Shown piece by piece: positions 45,931 through 55,571 of a stretch of 64,000 bases of DNA. How positions within the stretch are numbered: the stretch's first letter is position 1; each line of letters starts with the position of its first letter. Origin of the DNA: Minisyncoccia bacterium. Lineage in GTDB: Bacteria; Patescibacteriota; Minisyncoccia; JACQLN01. The position numbers were made by a program, and so were the translations under genes. The stretch is from positions 2,011-66,010 of the forward strand of contig JBASTM010000011.1 of the NCBI GenBank assembly GCA_049274895.1, in the 5' to 3' direction. The notes beneath the pieces are model-generated. The model had not been told where the DNA came from. It did not search any database and saw only the letters and a list, made by a program, of their open reading frames with translations.

Positions 45931-48716
45931 AAATTTAAATGTTTTTTAATAATATTTAAACACTCGTTAACCGACATTTTGCTGGTATGTAAAGTAATGC
46001 TCGGATTTTCGGGAACCTCGTAGGGGTAACCCTCGCTCACACCGATTAAATTTTTTATCTCGCCTGCTTCGGCTTTTCGATAAAGACCTTTGGTGTCGCG
46101 ATTGGAGCATTCAGACACCGGACAGTCCACAAAAAGTTCCGTAAAACGGTCAGGCCCTATGATTCCTTTCGCCAAAGATCTGTCGTCCTTAAAAGGAGAA
46201 ATAACCGGCACTAAAACGTAATCGCATTCTGCGATTTTTTTTCTGGCTAGACCAGCGATGAATCTGTTATTTTCCCTAATATCCTCGCGCGAAAAACCCA
46301 GATGACGGTTTAAAGTACTCCTAACTACATCTCCATCGATTATCTCCGCCTTTTTCCCTAAAAATTCCATGTCTTTTTTAAACGCTTCGGCTAACGTTGT
46401 CTTGCCCGAACCGGAAAGACCGGTAAACCAAATAACTTTTTTGCCGGCTAAGGTCGGTTCTTTAACGAAAACTTCTTCGTTGTTTTTTATAGCCGCGGTT
46501 ATCATCCGTGAAATTTCCGGGCGCATGAACCATTCGGGCGGCTCGATGCCGTTCTCAAGCATTTTTCTGGCTTGAGTACCACTTATATACAGCTTGTCGT
46601 TTTCGGAATGGTCATTGCCAACTTCGGCTTCAGTAACATGAAAATTCTTCTTCTTGGAATAAAAAACATTGTCGAACTTGATTATTTCCATACCTAAATC
46701 GGGCAATTGGTCGAATATGGTGTGGGAAGCCTTGGGAGAATAAAAATTGCCCACGCCGGTATGATCGCGACCAACAATAAAAGAACTGCATCCATAATTT
46801 TTGCGGCATATGGCGGTAAAAACCGCTTCCCTGGGGCCGGCATACCTGGAATAGGTGGCAAAAGCCGCTAAAACAACCTTGCCTTTGGGATAAAATTTTT
46901 CCAGCATCATTGCGTATGATTTTATTATGAAATCGGCGTTAAAATCGCCGACTTTCTTTTTGCCCACCACAGGGTGAATCAATAAACCGTCGCAACCGGT
47001 CCGTTTTAAGGCTTGAAGCTGGATATATTCATGACTCCTGTGTATCACGTTCCTGGTATGAAAACCAACCACGTTAGACCAGCCTAAGTCGTTAAACAGT
47101 CGGCGGATCTGCCGTGGCGTTAACTCGTAAGCTCTGGTTTTGGACTTTCTTCGGCTTACTAAAAATATTTTCCCGCCCAAAAGAACCGGATTCATGCTTT
47201 CAATCCTTTTAACCCCGGGATGGCTTTTATCTTCGGTCCCGTAAAGTTTTATCGACATTTCTTTCTTGTCGAAATTAAATTTTTCGTCGAGATCAAGAAT
47301 AGCTATAACATCGCCTCGACTATCGGCCAAAGCCGCTTTTTGCCCGATTTTCAAACCTTCGGCTTGATCGGCCGGTACGTCTAAAACAATTGGAATTGGC
47401 CAAATAACTCCGTTTTTGAGGCGCGTGGAATCCAACACGGAATTAAAATCATCCTTATTCATAAAACCTTCCAAAGGACTGAAAACCCCGGTGGCTATTT
47501 GTTCCGCGTCCATTTGTAGATCGTCGTTCAAAACAATTTTAGGCAAAGATTCCAAATATTCCCGCGCAGGCAGTTCGCTGCTCTTTAAGACCCGGTCAAC
47601 TAGCTTGCCTCCGTGCGGCTCAGGCAAACCGGAATTTATCTCCATATCCAAAAGATAGTTGGTAGCGTCGAAATGTTTTACAAAATCGCCGTTATCATTG
47701 TTTTTGATTTTTTTGTTCTCTAAAGCCAACTGGGCATGCCGAATAAGCTTTTTTAACATATTTATGCATTCCATCGGATGCTTGCCGATGGCCGCTTCTC
47801 CGGCCAAAGTTAGACCGGCCGCCCCGTCCAAAATGGTGGTTATGACATCGTGAACTTCGGCGCGAGTCGGTTTCTTTTTTTCTATCATAGTTTCCAAAAG
47901 ATTGGTGGCAACAAAAACTTCTTTGTTTTTTGATTTTGCTTTGTGCAGTATTATCTTTTGGGTAAACGGTATTTTTTCGATTGGTATCTCCTTACTCAAA
48001 TCTCCGCGGTCAATCAATAAGTAATCCGATTTATCTATGATTTCATCAAGATTCTCTAAAGCATCCAAACACTCTATTTTCGAAATTATTTTCATCGAAC
48101 CGTTAGTGGCTTTTTTGACGGTGTCGACGGATTTACCGGAACGAGCGAAAGACATGGCAATATGCTCCACTTTATTGGCTAATCCTATAGCTATGGACTG
48201 ATGATCTTTTTCAGACAACGTCGGCAGAATTATTTTTTTTCCAGAACCGGAATCAACGACAACTCCTTTGTTTTTTCCGACCTCGCCGCCCACCACCACC
48301 CTGGACATTACATAACCGTGAGATAACGTGGAAACATCCAAAACCTGCAAAACCAAAGTGTCAAAATCGATGTATATTAAATCGCCTTCTTTTAACTGCT
48401 CTAAAACAATTTCCGGCTTAAGGCATATATTTTCCGAGTCTCCCACGATATCACCTTTATGGATTTTAACTTTGCTGCCTTCGGTGTAATAAACCTTGTT
48501 TGAAATAAGATCACCGCTACGGATTTGGGAACCTTCGGTATCGATTATAAATGGCAGCCCGACTTTTTGAGACAACGACAAAAAATACTTAAGATCGTCC
48601 AAGGTGGAATGAGACATGTTTATTCTCACAAAATCAACGCCTTTGGCTTTTATTTTCCTAAGATGTTCTTCGGTATTCGTGGACGGACCGAGTGTAACTA
48701 TTATTTTTACATCCAT
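45924..48716 (-). CDS. Trifunctional fusion of a pyruvate kinase catalytic domain to sulfate adenylyltransferase (ATP sulfurylase) and adenylylsulfate (APS) kinase, i.e. a PAPS synthase with an N-terminal PK module
   Basis: 930 aa. Residues 1-330 align motif by motif with the pyruvate kinase A/B domains (IVTLGPST, VRINMSHS, DTEGSQIR, ISKIECLDALENL, LIDRGDLS, ATNLLETM...PTRAEV, TLAGEAA). The middle is ATP sulfurylase (HTRNVIHRSHEY). The C-terminus is APS kinase (FTGLSGSGKTTLA). Confidence 0.75.
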   Translation of the reverse strand: MDVKIIVTLGPSTNTEEHLRKIKAKGVDFVRINMSHSTLDDLKYFLSLSQKVGLPFIIDTEGSQIRSGDLISNKVYYTEGSKVKIHKGDIVGDSENICLKPEIVLEQLKEGDLIYIDFDTLVLQVLDVSTLSHGYVMSRVVVGGEVGKNKGVVVDSGSGKKIILPTLSEKDHQSIAIGLANKVEHIAMSFARSGKSVDTVKKATNGSMKIISKIECLDALENLDEIIDKSDYLLIDRGDLSKEIPIEKIPFTQKIILHKAKSKNKEVFVATNLLETMIEKKKPTRAEVHDVITTILDGAAGLTLAGEAAIGKHPMECINMLKKLIRHAQLALENKKIKNNDNGDFVKHFDATNYLLDMEINSGLPEPHGGKLVDRVLKSSELPAREYLESLPKIVLNDDLQMDAEQIATGVFSPLEGFMNKDDFNSVLDSTRLKNGVIWPIPIVLDVPADQAEGLKIGQKAALADSRGDVIAILDLDEKFNFDKKEMSIKLYGTEDKSHPGVKRIESMNPVLLGGKIFLVSRRKSKTRAYELTPRQIRRLFNDLGWSNVVGFHTRNVIHRSHEYIQLQALKRTGCDGLLIHPVVGKKKVGDFNADFIIKSYAMMLEKFYPKGKVVLAAFATYSRYAGPREAVFTAICRKNYGCSSFIVGRDHTGVGNFYSPKASHTIFDQLPDLGMEIIKFDNVFYSKKKNFHVTEAEVGNDHSENDKLYISGTQARKMLENGIEPPEWFMRPEISRMITAAIKNNEEVFVKEPTLAGKKVIWFTGLSGSGKTTLAEAFKKDMEFLGKKAEIIDGDVVRSTLNRHLGFSREDIRENNRFIAGLARKKIAECDYVLVPVISPFKDDRSLAKGIIGPDRFTELFVDCPVSECSNRDTKGLYRKAEAGEIKNLIGVSEGYPYEVPENPSITLHTSKMSVNECLNIIKKHLNLC

Positions 48717-48727
48717 GATTTTATTGA

Positions 48728-50461
48728 TTAATCGTCGATATATTTTCTAAACCATGCTTCCAAATCCAATAACTGCCATAAAAAAAATGAATTATCGCCT
48801 TTGCCGGAAAAAAACTCATCAACCTTCTCTTTAACTTTAACACTGTTCCAATAAGGCCGGTTTTTGAAACTCGGAGAATTTATGATGTCGTAAACTTCTT
48901 TTTTGAAATGCCGCCTCAACCATTTAGTTTGAAAAGCCCCGAAGAAAAACTTGGGCTTATTCTTGCCCTCGTCCGGAACGATTCCTTCCATAGAATCGCG
49001 CAACAAAGTTTTGAACCGGCCGTCCTCCATTTTTAACCTTTTAGGCAGAAAAAAACAAAATTCCGCCAAACGATAATCCAAATACGGCACTCTTAACTCC
49101 CGGCCATACGCCATGCTTATGTGATCGTTGAAACGCAAAACCCGCGGCATCTTTATATATTTTATATCTCTATACTGCATATTTAAGAGATCGGACTTAA
49201 AAGGTTTCGGAAAATCTGTTTTTAAATCCTTAAATTTTAAAGCAAATTTTGAATCTATTATTCCCGGTTCGCCTTCGCGGGTGAGATCCTGACTTATATT
49301 GTTTTCTCTGCCGCCGGTCTCGTAATACTTATACCCACCCAAAATCTCGTCCGCACCCTGGCCCTCCAAAAGAACTTTTACCCCCAGTATTCCAGTTTCT
49401 TCGTATAAATTGAAATAATTTATGGTGGAAAAACCTCCATAGGGCTCGTCTTGTATCTCCGTCAACCTATCTTTAAGCCACCAAGTTTTTTCGGGCGTGA
49501 GTTTGCTGGTATACAAAAAATTTTTCTGTTTTTTAGAAAGCAAGTTTTTCAAATACTTAACCTCGTCGTAATCGGCGTCAGCCAGCCCGGCCGAAAAAAG
49601 ACGGAGCTGTTCGCCCATCAGACTGTTCGCAAAAAAAAGCATACTCATAGAATCCAGGCCACTGGAAACGTTAAGCCCCACCGGCGCGTCGCTTCTGAAT
49701 TGCAATCTGATGGCGTCGGCCATTAATGTTTTAAACAAATCTAAAGCGTCGGTTCGGGAAATGTTGTCATATTGATTCTCTTTATCCTTAAGTAAGGCTA
49801 AATCCCAATAAGTTTTAATCGTTAATTTATTTTTCTTCCATACAGCGCATTCGCCCGGCATGAGGCGGTTTATTCCCTTAAAAAAAGTCTCTTTGGAATG
49901 ATCATAAAAAGCGTGACGTAAATATTCAAATATTATTTTATCGTTCGGCTGAGAACCAACACCCAGTTTAATCAACGCTTTTATTTCGGAAGCAAACTTA
50001 AAAACGCCATTTTCAAAAGAATAATAAAAGGGTTTTATGCCGAAATTGTCACGGGCGCAGAACAGTTCTTTTTCTCTCGTATCGTAAATGGCAAAAGCGA
50101 ACTGTCCGTTAAATTTAAGTAAACAACTCTTTCCCCATTTTTGATAAGCAGCTAACAAAACTTCGGTATCGGTTCCGGTTTTAAACTTAAATTCGGAAAG
50201 TTCTTTCTTTAACTCGATGAAATTAAAAATCTCTCCGTTAAAAACGACTACAAAACGTTTATCGTGGCTAAACATAGGCTGATTACCAGCTAAAGATAAA
50301 TCTAAAATAGCTAATCTCCTATGCCCAAGAGCTACAACCTCATCAGTAATACCATAATAAACACCTTCTCCGTCGGGACCACGGTGTTTCATTGAATCAC
50401 GCGCTTCGATAAATATTTTTTTATTTATCTTTCCGCCGATTTGTCCAATTATGGCACACAT
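48728..50461 (-). CDS. Asparagine synthase (glutamine-hydrolysing)-like amidotransferase
   Basis: 577 aa with the N-terminal nucleophile MCAIIG and an asn-synthase PP-loop SGLDS. Confidence 0.8.
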   Translation of the reverse strand: MCAIIGQIGGKINKKIFIEARDSMKHRGPDGEGVYYGITDEVVALGHRRLAILDLSLAGNQPMFSHDKRFVVVFNGEIFNFIELKKELSEFKFKTGTDTEVLLAAYQKWGKSCLLKFNGQFAFAIYDTREKELFCARDNFGIKPFYYSFENGVFKFASEIKALIKLGVGSQPNDKIIFEYLRHAFYDHSKETFFKGINRLMPGECAVWKKNKLTIKTYWDLALLKDKENQYDNISRTDALDLFKTLMADAIRLQFRSDAPVGLNVSSGLDSMSMLFFANSLMGEQLRLFSAGLADADYDEVKYLKNLLSKKQKNFLYTSKLTPEKTWWLKDRLTEIQDEPYGGFSTINYFNLYEETGILGVKVLLEGQGADEILGGYKYYETGGRENNISQDLTREGEPGIIDSKFALKFKDLKTDFPKPFKSDLLNMQYRDIKYIKMPRVLRFNDHISMAYGRELRVPYLDYRLAEFCFFLPKRLKMEDGRFKTLLRDSMEGIVPDEGKNKPKFFFGAFQTKWLRRHFKKEVYDIINSPSFKNRPYWNSVKVKEKVDEFFSGKGDNSFFLWQLLDLEAWFRKYIDD

Positions 50462-51285
50462 TATATTTTTTTCTTATCTGCCATAATCTGTATCCATCCC
50501 TCGCCATGGATTATACGGCTTTTTAAAGTTTCGTAGTCATATCTTTCAAACTTGACCCGGCGGATGTTTTCGAAACCGGCTTTTTCGAACCAGTTTCTGA
50601 TTTCGGTTTCGGTATAACGATGGGTATAAGGCGTATATAAATTATCCAGCAAATTGTAGCGCTTGTTGGGCGGAACACCGATAACTTTGAATACGGTGTA
50701 AGCTGTTTTAAATGGTATCCATCTTTTTAGAAAAAACCTAAAAAAATCGTTAGTTAGCCATTTTAAACCTCCTTTACCATACATGGAAAGAAAAATCCGT
50801 CCGCCGGGTTTTGCCACCCGAACTAATTCATCAAATCCCTTTTTAGGCTCCGGCATCAACAAAAGTACACCGGAGCAAATAACATAATCGAAGTAATTAT
50901 CTAAAAACGGAAGGTCTCCGGCGGAAGAATTCATAAGTTCTATATTGGAAAGCTCTTTAGCCCACTTTCTGTTTCTGCCAGCTTCCAAACCGGCCTCGTT
51001 TACATCCACACCTATAACTCTGGCCGCCCCCAGACGCCCCAAGGCCACCACGAATCTGCCTTGTCCGCAACCCACATCCAAACAGATTTTATTTTTAAAC
51101 CACTCCATGGGGATACCCCATTTTTTTTGGCGTATGGTAAAAAGTTCCACAGACTCCTCAAATCTTTTTTCGTCGTAACCAGGAAATATCTCGTTATAAA
51201 TAGAAGCGGTTTTATTTTCCGTTTGCGTGGGCTTAAACGACCAATTATCTTTTAGAGGTATTTTTAAAATATTTGTTTCTTTCAT
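50461..51285 (-). CDS. Class I SAM methyltransferase (tandem paralog a)
   Basis: CLDVGCGQGRFVVAL. The start is placed at the ATGA overlap (MKETNILK). The ORF-track start is 51315. Confidence 0.7.
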   Translation of the reverse strand: MKETNILKIPLKDNWSFKPTQTENKTASIYNEIFPGYDEKRFEESVELFTIRQKKWGIPMEWFKNKICLDVGCGQGRFVVALGRLGAARVIGVDVNEAGLEAGRNRKWAKELSNIELMNSSAGDLPFLDNYFDYVICSGVLLLMPEPKKGFDELVRVAKPGGRIFLSMYGKGGLKWLTNDFFRFFLKRWIPFKTAYTVFKVIGVPPNKRYNLLDNLYTPYTHRYTETEIRNWFEKAGFENIRRVKFERYDYETLKSRIIHGEGWIQIMADKKKI

Positions 51286-52052
51286 TGTTTTTTGTCGGCG
51301 TAAATCTGTATCCATCCCTCACCATGGATGATGCGGCTTTTTAAAGTTTCGTAATCGTATCTTTCGAATTTAACGCGGCGTATGTTTTCGAATCCGGATT
51401 CCGAAAACCATCGACGGATTTCAGATTCCAAAAATCTATAACAGTAAGGCACGTATAAATTATCTAAGATGTTATATCTTTTATTGGCCGGAATGCCGAA
51501 AAAAGAAAAAATAGACTCAACCACTTTAAACGGGATAATTCTACAAATGGAATATCTGAATAGATCATTGACCAGCCATTTAAAACCACCTCGGCCGTAA
51601 ACCGAAAGAAACATTTTACCGCCCGGATTTAATACTCGAACAAGTTCGTTGAAAGCTTTTAAAGGATCGGGAGTATGATGTATAACACCGCTTGAAATCA
51701 CATAATCAAAGCCGGCGTCAGGGAAGGGTAAATCCAAAACTGAACCTTCTTGGGCTAAGGCATTACTTATAACTCTTTCTTTGAGTCTTTGGTTAGATAG
51801 ATCCACGGCCGGTTTACTTACGTCAATTCCCACCACTTTTTTCACGCCAAGTCTCGCCAAGGCCACCAAATATCTGCCACCGCCGCAACCAACATCGAGA
51901 CAAACTTTGTTTTTGAACCAGTCCAGATCTATATTCCAAACCCTATGCCTTTTAAAAAACAAGTCTACCGAATCTTCGAAGAGCTTATCGGAATAACCCG
52001 CAAACAAATTACCGTATATCAACGATGTTTTTTCTTTATAAATAGAAGACAT
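51282..52052 (-). CDS. Class I SAM methyltransferase (tandem paralog b)
   Basis: CLDVGCGGGRYLVAL. Its C-terminal 30 aa are nearly identical to paralog a. Confidence 0.75.
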   Translation of the reverse strand: MSSIYKEKTSLIYGNLFAGYSDKLFEDSVDLFFKRHRVWNIDLDWFKNKVCLDVGCGGGRYLVALARLGVKKVVGIDVSKPAVDLSNQRLKERVISNALAQEGSVLDLPFPDAGFDYVISSGVIHHTPDPLKAFNELVRVLNPGGKMFLSVYGRGGFKWLVNDLFRYSICRIIPFKVVESIFSFFGIPANKRYNILDNLYVPYCYRFLESEIRRWFSESGFENIRRVKFERYDYETLKSRIIHGEGWIQIYADKKQ

Positions 52053-52058
52053 TGTTTT

Positions 52059-53396
52059 TTATTTAACCCGGGAAATAATATATTCCGCCAACCGCCGACC
52101 GGAACCGCCGTCCAGTTTCCAACACTTTTCTTGAACTATCCTTTGTCTACCTTCTTTATCCAGATCTGGGTTGGCAAGATAATCTTTAATATAAAACGAA
52201 AAATCATCCGGATTCGTAGCTAACTTTATACCTCCGGTGTTAAGAAGCGATTTTTGATGGTCAAAATCATAAAACCGCCTCAGGCTTTTCCAATAAGGAT
52301 AATTTTTCGCGCCATCGAACCCTATAAAGACAACTGGTTTTCCAAAAACAACGGCATCCACGGCTAAAGTTGAAGCGAAAGCCACTACAACATCGCTATG
52401 ATACAGCAAATCAGCCAATTTGTCGTTAACTCTCAAATCTGATCTCAGGGAATCGGGACTTTCCGACGGCGCATCTATGGCTATTTTACCAGGAACAGCT
52501 TTGAAGGCACCTAAGTTAACATCGCCTACAAAATATAAACGTAGTATCAGTTGAACATCCAAATCAAGAAGTTTTTTTATGGCTACAGGATTAACAGGAT
52601 TGTCTTTGGAAAAAATGTTCGGAGTTGGAGCAAAAAAAACCGTTTTTTTAGAAGGATCCAAATTAAGTTTTTTGAACAATTCCTCTTTGGAAATATTCCT
52701 GTGTTTAATATATTTATCGTAATGAGGAATACCCGACACAAAAATATCTTTCGGCTCGATATCGTTGTATTTTACAGTCTCATTCTTTATGCTTGGAGTG
52801 TTAACCACTAAGCTCCCAGGAATAAACCTGTTAAGACCATGTGTGGTTATGTTATCCCACGATCTCACCATGCCTAAAATCGGTATTCCCCTTTTCTTGG
52901 CTTCCCTAATTACAATAACATCGTGGGGTTCAAAAATATCGGTCGAAAAAACCATATCGGGGGAATATTTTTGGAAAAGATTGGAGAAATTTTCCTTATC
53001 CGAAAAACGGTAATCGAGCCATCTTAAAAACCGGCGAAAAAAACTAAAACGAGAAAGTTTGGCTATTAACGTCCAAAAAATAAAACCAACCCAGCGGTTA
53101 TGTTGTTTAGCTTCGGTGAAACGGCAAATACGCCTAGAATCAGTATCTAAAGCGTTTAAAAACAAAGCCGCCAAAAAAGATTCTTTACGGGAAGGTTTCT
53201 TAAAATTCAAACCTTCAATTTTAACGTTGGTTCCGCCAAATCTTTCCTCATAAGATTCTTTTTTTTCGGCCGGAGCCAGCACTACGATGCTTAGATTCTC
53301 TTTGAGGCTTAATATTTTTAATACGTCCGTATCCAGAATGTTTCTCGCGATCAATCCGAAAAAAGACGTTATAAAAATTGTTTTCTTGTTTTCCAT
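52059..53396 (-). CDS. CDP-glycerol glycerophosphotransferase-like (TagB/TagF family), paralog 3
   Basis: GMVRSWDNIT...SGIPHYDKYIK. The start is placed at MENKKTIFITSF by paralog alignment. The longest ORF reaches 53441. Confidence 0.5.
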   Translation of the reverse strand: MENKKTIFITSFFGLIARNILDTDVLKILSLKENLSIVVLAPAEKKESYEERFGGTNVKIEGLNFKKPSRKESFLAALFLNALDTDSRRICRFTEAKQHNRWVGFIFWTLIAKLSRFSFFRRFLRWLDYRFSDKENFSNLFQKYSPDMVFSTDIFEPHDVIVIREAKKRGIPILGMVRSWDNITTHGLNRFIPGSLVVNTPSIKNETVKYNDIEPKDIFVSGIPHYDKYIKHRNISKEELFKKLNLDPSKKTVFFAPTPNIFSKDNPVNPVAIKKLLDLDVQLILRLYFVGDVNLGAFKAVPGKIAIDAPSESPDSLRSDLRVNDKLADLLYHSDVVVAFASTLAVDAVVFGKPVVFIGFDGAKNYPYWKSLRRFYDFDHQKSLLNTGGIKLATNPDDFSFYIKDYLANPDLDKEGRQRIVQEKCWKLDGGSGRRLAEYIISRVK

Positions 53397-53472
53397 GACC
53401 GAATTCTCTAGTATCATATATAAAACCATACATACAGCCAAAATGTTATAAAAGACTGTAACTGTAAAATCG

Positions 53473-54225
53473 ATGAAATACTATACTTCCGAGGAATTAA
53501 GAGGTCAGAATCAGGCCGAGGCCCGAAATATTTTGGAAAAATGCTCGGGACCGTTCGTCCGGTACAACTTTGGCATAAACATATTCAAACACTGGTTTAA
53601 TAAAGAATTCGACTCTGATCCCGATGTTAAAACACTAGATCTGGGAAGCGCCAGCGGCGCTTTTGAGGCTCAACTTAAAGATATCGGCTACAGCAATGTT
53701 TACGGCCTAGACATAGACGACTACCGCCTACCAAAAAACAAAGAATTCTTTAAAGATTTTAAAACAGCCGATTTGGGTTGGGACAAAATACCCTGGCCGG
53801 ATAATCACTTCCAAATTGTCACCGGCTGGTGCATTTTACCCCATCTGGAAAATCCGTTCCACTGCGTACGTGAAATACACCGCATCTTGGCGCCTGGAGG
53901 AATTTTCATTTTCTCGGTTCCGCATGTAACTGCCAAACACAGCATAGATTATCTTTCCCAAAAAAAAGATTTTGGAAGTTATCGGGCCACCAACAACCAC
54001 TTGGTGATTTTCACCCCCGCCGTTATAAATAAAGCCATACTAAAATATTTTGATCTCTTAAACACCGAATTCGCGGTAAGAACCGCCAAAATTTTCAAAA
54101 GAGGTCTACAAGGAAAATTAAGAAAAATTCTTTATTTTGGAGCAGAAAAAATATCTCCTAAACTAAAAAGAAAAATAGATGAGCGTTGGGCTTACGACGT
54201 TATTTATATAGTCAGAAAAAAATGA
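53473..54225 (+). CDS. Class I SAM methyltransferase
   Basis: 250 aa with LDLGSASGAF. It is on the plus strand. Confidence 0.7.
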   Translation: MKYYTSEELRGQNQAEARNILEKCSGPFVRYNFGINIFKHWFNKEFDSDPDVKTLDLGSASGAFEAQLKDIGYSNVYGLDIDDYRLPKNKEFFKDFKTADLGWDKIPWPDNHFQIVTGWCILPHLENPFHCVREIHRILAPGGIFIFSVPHVTAKHSIDYLSQKKDFGSYRATNNHLVIFTPAVINKAILKYFDLLNTEFAVRTAKIFKRGLQGKLRKILYFGAEKISPKLKRKIDERWAYDVIYIVRKK

Positions 54226-55571
54226 AAACTCTGTTTTTATTCATACCTCATTATGTTTTCAGTTCCGACTTGCTGCATACCGATTACATAAAAATATTGT
54301 CCGAAAACTATAAAGTGGTAATTTTTAGCCCTATTTTCGAATCAGAAAACCCTGCCGGCTACTACTACTCGCCCAACGTAACATACATACCTTGGCTGGA
54401 GGAAAACCCCAAATTTTGGCTATTTTTTACCAAAATCTTGCGGGTTTCTTTGATCAGAGAGTTCGATAATTTGGAATACTATAAATTGCGTCAGTTGACC
54501 AAAGCCAATTTAAACTGGCAGAGAAAAATACTTAGACGAGCAGGGTGGTTTTTACCAAGATTCATGCTTACAGCCAAGTTCTTCACCAAATTGGAAGAAT
54601 TTTTAATAGGCAATTCCCCGAAATTTCAAATGTTGACTAAAAAATACAAGCCGAGCATAGTAGTAACCTGCACTCCCGGATTCAGTTTTTTAGAGGCTGA
54701 AGCCATAATCATGGCTAAAAAAAATAGATTAAAAACAATAGCTATTGATTCGAGTTGGGACAATTTTACTTCTAATGCAGTCCAATTCAGAAAAACCGAT
54801 TACCTGGCTTGTTGGAACGAGATAATGAAAAAAGAAGCTATGGAAATTCATACTTACACCGAAGATAAAGTTTTTGTTTCCGGGGTATATCGTTTCGACC
54901 ATCATTTTAAGGCAAATCCGCAAGACGTTTCCAGAAAAGAATTTCTTAAAAATAAAAATCTTGATCCTAACTTAAAAACTCTGTTTTTAAGCACGGTCCC
55001 GCCCAATACCTACCCTTTTCAGTACGATGTCTGGCGCAAAGTGGTTGAAATGCGTCGTGATGGGCGGATTCCCAACGTTAATTTACTGATACGCTTACAT
55101 CCCAACGATGACATCACTAAATACGAGGAGTTTAAAAAACTCGAAAATGTTCATATAGAACCAGCTGGCCACAACAAGCCTAAAACCAAAGAAAGTGGCC
55201 ATAAAGTTGAAATGGACAAAAGTGATTTAGATAATCTTCGTCATTCCCTAAAATACACCGACGTCAACGTAAATTTCAGGTCCAGTTTAAGCCTTGAAGC
55301 CACTATATACGATAAACCCGTGATAAACATAGCTCTTTTCGGCTATGTCAATCGCTATCGAGTGGATTGGTATATTCCTATAATAAAAAGCGGCGGGGTA
55401 AAACTAGCCGAAAGTGAAGAAGAATTGTCCGGCTACATCAACGATTACTTAAAAAATCCCAATTTGGATTCGGCAGGCCGAAAAGAAATTTTCAACCAAT
55501 ACGTTAAATTCAGAGACGGAAACTCGAGCACCCGCAGCGTCGAAATCCTGAGTAAAATCATAAATTCCTAG
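54222..55571 (+). CDS. CDP-glycerol glycerophosphotransferase-like (TagB/TagF family), paralog 4
   Basis: IDSSWDNFT...SGVYRFDHHFK. The start is placed at the ATGA overlap (MKTLFLFIP). The ORF-track start is 54186. Confidence 0.5.
   Translation: MKTLFLFIPHYVFSSDLLHTDYIKILSENYKVVIFSPIFESENPAGYYYSPNVTYIPWLEENPKFWLFFTKILRVSLIREFDNLEYYKLRQLTKANLNWQRKILRRAGWFLPRFMLTAKFFTKLEEFLIGNSPKFQMLTKKYKPSIVVTCTPGFSFLEAEAIIMAKKNRLKTIAIDSSWDNFTSNAVQFRKTDYLACWNEIMKKEAMEIHTYTEDKVFVSGVYRFDHHFKANPQDVSRKEFLKNKNLDPNLKTLFLSTVPPNTYPFQYDVWRKVVEMRRDGRIPNVNLLIRLHPNDDITKYEEFKKLENVHIEPAGHNKPKTKESGHKVEMDKSDLDNLRHSLKYTDVNVNFRSSLSLEATIYDKPVINIALFGYVNRYRVDWYIPIIKSGGVKLAESEEELSGYINDYLKNPNLDSAGRKEIFNQYVKFRDGNSSTRSVEILSKIINS

Noticed and set aside
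53397-53441. Longer N-terminus (MAVCMVLYMILENSV...) for TagF-like paralog 3
   Set aside because: The paralogs all begin M-(K/R/x)-T-(I/L/V)-F. The internal MENKKTIFITSF aligns with them. The extension is hydrophobic junk and likely upstream non-coding.
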